Below, in pieces: positions 58,148 to 64,000 of a DNA stretch of 64,000 nucleotides. Every line of letters starts with the position of its first letter. Position 1 is the stretch's first letter. The DNA is from Flavobacteriaceae bacterium (GTDB taxonomy: Bacteria > Bacteroidota > Bacteroidia > Flavobacteriales > Flavobacteriaceae), in NCBI GenBank assembly GCA_022425945.1, contig JAKMEK010000040.1, forward strand, positions 9,950-73,949, in the 5' to 3' direction. The translations under genes were made by a program, and so were the position numbers. The notes beneath the pieces were generated by a model that was not told where the DNA came from, did not search any database, and saw nothing but the letters and a program-made list of their open reading frames with translations.

Positions 58148-59948
58148 AGTAGTTGTTGGTCTTGTCTATATCAGCCATTAAATTACTGGGATCAATAACT
58201 ACCGCTTCAATATCATTTAGCGTACGGTTTAGTTCTATGGAATATTTTGGATTCGCCCACGTCCAATCTGCGTGTACGTTCCATTCAATAGGATAAGGGT
58301 TTTCTTTTTCTCCACGCATAAGGGAGATGGGGATGTAGTGCAATTGAGCATCTCCGTTTTTATACTGTACCAAAATTTCAAGTGGCATTGGCATTAGGCC
58401 TTTGCGTTCCAATTGTAGAATTGTCTTGTTCTCTTCGCCTTTTTCTACATTAAGTGCGTAATCTATGGTGTTTGTGGTTTGTGTCCAATCGGTCAGATAC
58501 CATTGTAATTGTACCCCAGATACACGTTCAGCGATGACACGGAAGTCGTTCGGTAAAGGGTGTTTGAACTTCCATTCATCATAATATGTTTGCAGTGTTT
58601 CAAACAGCTTTTCTTTTCCAATAATGTAGCTAAGTTGCCCCAAAAACACGGATCCTTTACTGTAAGCAGCACGTTCATAGGCATAATTATAGCTGTAACG
58701 ATTGGCATTGGTAGCCTGGGGCATTTCCACCCCAGATGTGGCTAAACCGTAATAACCTCTGTAGGATCCTTCTAAAGGAAATTCTTTGTTTTCTGCTAAT
58801 ACTTCATCTACCGCGAGGGTAGAAATAAAAGAGGTGAAGCCTTCGTCCATCCATTCGTGCTTTGTTTCGTTGGTTGCTAAAACATGTTGAAACCATGAGT
58901 GGGCCAACTCATGTGCAGTAACGCCTAAAAGGGATCCAAATTTTCGATTCCCGGTGATTAAGGTAAGCATAGCATATTCCATTCCTCCGTCTCCACCGTG
59001 AACAACAGAATATTGTTTGTAGGGATATGGCCCTATTTTTTCGTTAAAATATGCCATTAATTCTGTCGTAAGTGGCTGAAGTTTTTTCCAGTTTTCAATT
59101 ATTTCGGGATTGTTTTTATAGAAAAAGTGAAGGGTTACATCGTTAGGACCGGGATAGGTGTCGTGGATATAATCTGGATCTGCTGCCCATGTAAAGTCAT
59201 GAACATTGGGCGCCACATAGTGCCAGGTGATTTTTCCCTTTTTACTTTTCGCTTTTTTGCGGTCACTGTAACCTCTACCAATCTCATCTGCATTTTGAAG
59301 GTATCCACTTGCGGCTACCGTAAACGCTTTGTCAAGTGTTATTTTAACATCGAAATTTCCCCAAACGCCATGGAACTCTCTTCCGGTATAAGGATCTGCA
59401 TTCCATCCTTCAGAGTCGTATTCTGCCATTTTGGGGTACCATTGTGCCATGGAAAAGGCAATACCTTCTTTAGAGTTTTTCCCTGCTCTGCGAATAACGT
59501 CAGGAACTTGTCCTTCAAATGACATTTTAAAAGTGGTGCTTTCTCCTGGCGCTAAAGCTTTTGCTAAGCTTACTTCTAAAATGGTTTCGCTATCGACAAC
59601 CTCTGCAATAATATCATCTTGGGTTAAACCAATCACTTTTAAAAAGCCTTGTTGTTTTGGGCTAAGGGAATCAATGTCCACTTTAAAACGCCCGTTTTTG
59701 TCGCCAGCGTTTTTGAGTCTAATGGCCAATTCGCTTCCGGGTTTAAACGCATTGAAGTATTGGTGAAAAAACACTTTTCGTAATGTTTCTGGGGAATTGT
59801 TAGTGTAAACAACCGTTTGTGTTCCTTTATATTGTGCAGTTTCTGCTTCCAATTCCACAGCGATCGTATAATCAACAGCTTGTTGCCAATATTGTGCAGA
59901 AGCAAAGCTTGCAAATAGAAAAACAAAAGAAAGGAGTACTTTTTTCAT
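58128..59948 (-). CDS. M1 family metallopeptidase, secreted
   Basis: Signal peptide then YWQQ; GGMEY; HELAH...E zinc motif; YSKG; ATG 59948. Confidence 0.9.
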   Translation of the reverse strand: MKKVLLSFVFLFASFASAQYWQQAVDYTIAVELEAETAQYKGTQTVVYTNNSPETLRKVFFHQYFNAFKPGSELAIRLKNAGDKNGRFKVDIDSLSPKQQGFLKVIGLTQDDIIAEVVDSETILEVSLAKALAPGESTTFKMSFEGQVPDVIRRAGKNSKEGIAFSMAQWYPKMAEYDSEGWNADPYTGREFHGVWGNFDVKITLDKAFTVAASGYLQNADEIGRGYSDRKKAKSKKGKITWHYVAPNVHDFTWAADPDYIHDTYPGPNDVTLHFFYKNNPEIIENWKKLQPLTTELMAYFNEKIGPYPYKQYSVVHGGDGGMEYAMLTLITGNRKFGSLLGVTAHELAHSWFQHVLATNETKHEWMDEGFTSFISTLAVDEVLAENKEFPLEGSYRGYYGLATSGVEMPQATNANRYSYNYAYERAAYSKGSVFLGQLSYIIGKEKLFETLQTYYDEWKFKHPLPNDFRVIAERVSGVQLQWYLTDWTQTTNTIDYALNVEKGEENKTILQLERKGLMPMPLEILVQYKNGDAQLHYIPISLMRGEKENPYPIEWNVHADWTWANPKYSIELNRTLNDIEAVVIDPSNLMADIDKTNNYYVSPEK

Positions 59949-59988
59949 AGTAAGGGTTTGTAATAATTGAGTAAATATAGGGAGTTCT

Positions 59989-60831
59989 TTAGGAACCAAA
60001 GTAAGAATCCAAGCGAAAGCACTGGTCTAATCGCACCCCTTTTTCGGTGTTTTTTAGGGAGATTAACTCATTTTGGGCATCGTGTTCAAGAAAGAGAAGG
60101 TATTCTTTTTCTACCGCCTTATCTAAAAAGCGTTTTTTTTCGTTCATGGTCAATAGCGGACGTGTATCATACCCCATAACATAGGGGATGGGCAAATGAC
60201 CTGATGTTGGAATTAGGTCAGCAGCGAAAACAATTGTCTTGCCTTTGTATTGGAGTACAGGTAAGAGTTGTTTCTCGGTGTGTCCATCCATCAAAAGAAC
60301 ATCAAAACCCAATTCTTTTTTAGCGTCTTGGACAAAATTCAACTGTCCACTCTCTTCTATGGGCAGAATGTTTTCTGGAAGGAAGGAAGCAGCTTCACGC
60401 ACGTTGGGTTCAAGGGCCCATTGCCAATGATCTTTGTGCGACCAAAAGCGTGCATTTTTGAAGGCTGGTTCATAGATACCTTTTTTATTGCGCGTAATGG
60501 CTCCTCCACAGTGATCGAAGTGCAGGTGTGTAAAAACAACATCTGTGATATCATCGCGGTGAAAGCCTTTTTCTTTCAAGGAGCTGTCTAGGTTAAAATC
60601 GCCCCATAAGGCATAGTGCGAAAAAAACTTTTCACTTTGTTTATTTCCTAAACCGGTGTCGATGAGAATTAGACGGGAACCGTCTTCTATCAGTAACGAA
60701 CGCGCCGCCATTTTAATGCGGTTCATTTCATCTGCTGGATTTGTTCTTTCCCAAAGGGGTTTAGGGACAACGCCAAACATGGCACCACCATCCAGCTTGA
60801 AATGACCTGTTTCTATGGCGTGTAATCGCAT
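59989..60831 (-). CDS. MBL-fold metallo-hydrolase
   Basis: FKLDGGAMFGVVPK, THLHFDHCGG, GHT, MGYD, EHD. Confidence 0.9.
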   Translation of the reverse strand: MRLHAIETGHFKLDGGAMFGVVPKPLWERTNPADEMNRIKMAARSLLIEDGSRLILIDTGLGNKQSEKFFSHYALWGDFNLDSSLKEKGFHRDDITDVVFTHLHFDHCGGAITRNKKGIYEPAFKNARFWSHKDHWQWALEPNVREAASFLPENILPIEESGQLNFVQDAKKELGFDVLLMDGHTEKQLLPVLQYKGKTIVFAADLIPTSGHLPIPYVMGYDTRPLLTMNEKKRFLDKAVEKEYLLFLEHDAQNELISLKNTEKGVRLDQCFRLDSYFGS

Positions 60832-61805
60832 TAGTTAAGTTTTATTCGTGTGAGGTATTTATTGGCTGTAATGTAGAGATAGGTCTCGTCTTCATCGAAA
60901 GCACAGTTCGCCGCACGACCGGGTGTTTGAATTGTACCAAGGTGTTTCCCTTGGGCAGAGAAAATCAAAACACCTCCAGGACCTGTGGCAAAAACAGCTC
61001 CTGAAGAATGAACCTTTAAACCATCAGCCAGACCGGGCTTGTCGATAGCAGTTGCATCGAAAAATATTCGCGGATTTTCAAGTTTCCCTCCCATATGGTC
61101 AAAAGCCATCCATAGATTTTGTTTTGGGTCTGAGTTAGCAACATACAAAATTGATTCGTCTTTGGAAAAAGCCAATCCATTTGGGCGCGTTAAATCGCTG
61201 TAAAGTAGCGTGGTTTCCCCTTCGCTAGATAGGCGGTATACACCATTGTATTCGATTTCCCGAAGCAGATCTTCATCGCCATTTAACCCATAGGGCGGAT
61301 CGGTAAAATAGAGGTCACCCTCTTTAGAAAGAATTAAGTCATTGGGCGAATGGAATCGTTTTCCCTCGAAGGTATCTACTAAAGTTATAAAAGGGGTTTG
61401 TGCTCCCAAAGGGGCAAGCATCTTTGCAATTCTTCGGTCTCCGTGTTGAGCAAGAAGGAGATTCCCCTCTTTATCTAATATCAGCCCATTGGCTCCAGCT
61501 TTCTTTTCGTTTGGTGCGTGTTCGGTATAACCACTAGGGTCCAAATAGACTTGTAAGCCGGAGGTTTCATCCCAACGATACGCTTTGTTTTTGGGGACAT
61601 CTGTAAACAAAACGGCCTTAAGTTCGGGCACCCAAACGGGCCCTTCTGACCAGCTAAAGCTATCTGCTAAAACTTCCAGAACAGCATTTTTTGGGATTAG
61701 GCGGTTGATTTCTGGATTAACAACGTCAACGGTTTTAATTGTTTTTTGGGCAAAAAGGGTGTTTGCTGAAAAAAAGAGAGCGGTGCAGATAATAATTGTT
61801 TTCAT
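60831..61805 (-). CDS. SMP-30/gluconolactonase family protein, secreted
   Basis: WSEGPVW, GANGL, SPNDL, YFTDPPYGL, RPNGLAFS, DGLKV. Confidence 0.9.
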   Translation of the reverse strand: MKTIIICTALFFSANTLFAQKTIKTVDVVNPEINRLIPKNAVLEVLADSFSWSEGPVWVPELKAVLFTDVPKNKAYRWDETSGLQVYLDPSGYTEHAPNEKKAGANGLILDKEGNLLLAQHGDRRIAKMLAPLGAQTPFITLVDTFEGKRFHSPNDLILSKEGDLYFTDPPYGLNGDEDLLREIEYNGVYRLSSEGETTLLYSDLTRPNGLAFSKDESILYVANSDPKQNLWMAFDHMGGKLENPRIFFDATAIDKPGLADGLKVHSSGAVFATGPGGVLIFSAQGKHLGTIQTPGRAANCAFDEDETYLYITANKYLTRIKLN

Positions 61806-61955
61806 GGGAGTTTAGATTATTGTTTTTCCCCTAAAAAAGGCTCAAGTAATGTTGCCCAGTAAATAAAAAGAAAGAAAAAACGCACTACAACTAAGCATAA
61901 AAAAGTGTAGTTTAAGCCGTTATCGCTGTTTTCCACGAACAAAGGAACGAGTCGT

Positions 61956-64000
61956 TTATTTTGCATTTTTTCGAGTGTTTAAAAGAGCCATCAATTCACT
62001 TGAAAAGGATAAAAGGCTTTTTACTTCCTGTATACTAGACAAACGGCTTCTTCTTTTTATTAACAACCCTTTACCAATGGATTCAACACGATAATACTGA
62101 TGACTTTCAAAAAAGAAAATAAGGTCTCGATTGAAGAGCTCGCGAATTGATTTAGCATCGACACCTCCCAAAAAGAAGCGACGCGAAAAATCTGGAAATT
62201 CAGAAAAATCGATATCATCGTAAGGAGTATATTCATTTAATCCACCCAAAAAATTCTCGCGATCTAAAACAAATTGAGGAATTGTATAGCGAAGCTCTAT
62301 CAACATAAAAGAAGCCCTTATGTCCTCTTTTGCAATAAAAGCACCTTCGGTGTATGAAAGGTCAAACAAATGAAATTGATTGTCTTTGGAGATAAGTTCG
62401 TTGTACTGATAGTTGACTATTTTGGTCTTGAAATAATCAAAACGCTCAAGTTCCTTGGTGTCTGAAGTAAGTTCTGAACGGTATTCCCAATCCAAAATAG
62501 TCGCCAGTTTTTGTAATGATATTTGACGTTTGGTCAAATTGTTTCCTAGTTTAAAAAAGTCATTTGACGGTAGGGTTTTTCGAATGGCAAAAGGGTGCTG
62601 GGAGTCTGCCCCGTGTGAATCTAAACCAATAATTTCGAACACACCCCCTTTTCTAGCAAAACTACGACGATAGTCATTGAGTCCTTCCATCACAGTATGG
62701 TCAACAAATTCACAAAGAGAAAAATCGACAATTGCATGCTCTGATTGTGGAATTTCATCCAACTTACTTTTTAGCTTGTAAAAGTTTAAAAAAGAGCAAA
62801 AGTTTTTTACACTTACATAGTAATTTCCACTTTCATCTTCCAGGAACATAAGCACATTGGGCTTTAACCAGTTTCGACTAAAAAGAAATAAATTACGGTT
62901 GATAGCAATGTGGATAAGCAAGGTGGCTAAAATCCCCATACCAATACCCGTGATTAGGCCATTAGTAAGCGTAACAATAAGTGTAATACCAAAAATAGCG
63001 GCCTGTTCTTTACCGATGTTTAAAATCTGCAAGAGGTTTTGGGGAGCGGCAAGTTTGTAACCGGTAAAAACCAAAATTGCGGCTAGAGCCGGAAGAGCAA
63101 TGCGTTCAATTTGATTCTGAAAGAGCAAAACAAAGGCCAATAAAAAAAGGGCGTGTGCAAAATTTGAGGAGCGATTACTACCCCCGTTGTTAACATTTAC
63201 AGAACTTCGAGCAATAACAGTAACAACATTTAGCCCCCCAACAAGTCCACTTAAGGAGGTACCAAGACCTAAGGCGCGCAGATCTTTGTTCACATTTGAT
63301 CTTCTTTTTTGAGGATCAAGCTTGTCTACAGCTTTAATGCTAAGCAAGGATTCAATACTAGAAATGAGAGTTATGGAGAAGACAGTTGATATAAATAACC
63401 TCGAAGTTATTATACTGAAATCTGGGAAAGGAAGGTTGTTTAATACATTTTCGGGTAAACGAATCAACAAGTTTTCAGCTACAGGATAGGGGGCTTTTAC
63501 CACAATATCAAAATAATATGTCAAACCAACGGCAACAAAAACCACCCACATTGGAGCGGGGACCAAATGAAAAAGCGGGCTTCTTAAACGTGAGTAAAAA
63601 ACTAAAATAAGCAAAGAAACAACCCCTAATCCAGCAGGAACCAAAACATCCAATGACGGATTGAGATAAAGCTGCTGAATTGAGGAGGGAACAAGAAGAA
63701 TTAATTTTAACGGGGAACCACTGACTGTGGTAATGCCAAGCATAACATGCAGTTGTTTTGCTAAAATGCCAATTCCAATGGCGGCTAACATCCCCTGTAA
63801 GGCGGAAGACGGAAAAAACTCACTAAGCGCACCTAAACGTAAAACACCAAATAAAAACATTAGCCCCCCCGCAAAGACAATGGCAGCAAGGGTGAATAAA
63901 TAGCCTTGATATAAATCTCCATCTCCTAGAGTGGTTATCGATGAAAGCAAGACGATTACGAGACCATTTCCAGGCCCGGTAATGGTTAGTTGAGAGCCAC
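61956..64000 (-). CDS. SulP (SLC26) family inorganic anion transporter with C-terminal extension (5' end outside window)
   Basis: Frame stays open to the window edge (GSQLTITGPGNG); ESLLS..AVD, VIARSSVN, LAAIL..TGY; STAS-like region then an extra soluble domain. Confidence 0.87.
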   Translation of the reverse strand, partial: GSQLTITGPGNGLVIVLLSSITTLGDGDLYQGYLFTLAAIVFAGGLMFLFGVLRLGALSEFFPSSALQGMLAAIGIGILAKQLHVMLGITTVSGSPLKLILLVPSSIQQLYLNPSLDVLVPAGLGVVSLLILVFYSRLRSPLFHLVPAPMWVVFVAVGLTYYFDIVVKAPYPVAENLLIRLPENVLNNLPFPDFSIITSRLFISTVFSITLISSIESLLSIKAVDKLDPQKRRSNVNKDLRALGLGTSLSGLVGGLNVVTVIARSSVNVNNGGSNRSSNFAHALFLLAFVLLFQNQIERIALPALAAILVFTGYKLAAPQNLLQILNIGKEQAAIFGITLIVTLTNGLITGIGMGILATLLIHIAINRNLFLFSRNWLKPNVLMFLEDESGNYYVSVKNFCSFLNFYKLKSKLDEIPQSEHAIVDFSLCEFVDHTVMEGLNDYRRSFARKGGVFEIIGLDSHGADSQHPFAIRKTLPSNDFFKLGNNLTKRQISLQKLATILDWEYRSELTSDTKELERFDYFKTKIVNYQYNELISKDNQFHLFDLSYTEGAFIAKEDIRASFMLIELRYTIPQFVLDRENFLGGLNEYTPYDDIDFSEFPDFSRRFFLGGVDAKSIRELFNRDLIFFFESHQYYRVESIGKGLLIKRRSRLSSIQEVKSLLSFSSELMALLNTRKNAK

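Noticed and set aside
1-64000. CRISPR arrays, IS elements, prophage or integrase at tRNA-Cys, dif site
   Set aside because: No spaced direct repeats, transposase or integrase ORFs, tRNA 3'-end duplication or XerCD-type site seen by eye.

Overview
Gene-dense core-genome window from a Bacteroidota (Flavobacteriia/Flavobacteriaceae-like) chromosome. The assignment rests on gldH, sprE/porW, a split atp operon lacking atpD/atpC and many TAnnTTTG (-7) promoter boxes. It holds about 60 CDS, mostly housekeeping (recA, trpS, gltX, glnS, atpBEFHAG, purD, rfbBACD, pgk, holB, mnmG, ybeY, rnr, rpiB, rnpA), and one tRNA-Cys(GCA). I saw no IS, prophage or CRISPR array. The strongest signal not explained by the ORF track is that this looks like the replication-origin region. 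A ~500-bp, ~23% GC rnr/rpiB spacer is packed with DnaA-box-like 9-mers and a repeated TTATGA/TCATAA motif (candidate oriC with no dnaA nearby), and two parS palindromes are written inside coding sequence on either side of mnmG. Other leads are a heptamer tandem repeat in a sulfatase promoter, a possible ATA start codon in the atp operon, several apparently leaderless genes, and a GH3-rfbBACD-GT2 coupled operon. Product calls come from motif recognition only; no database searches were run.
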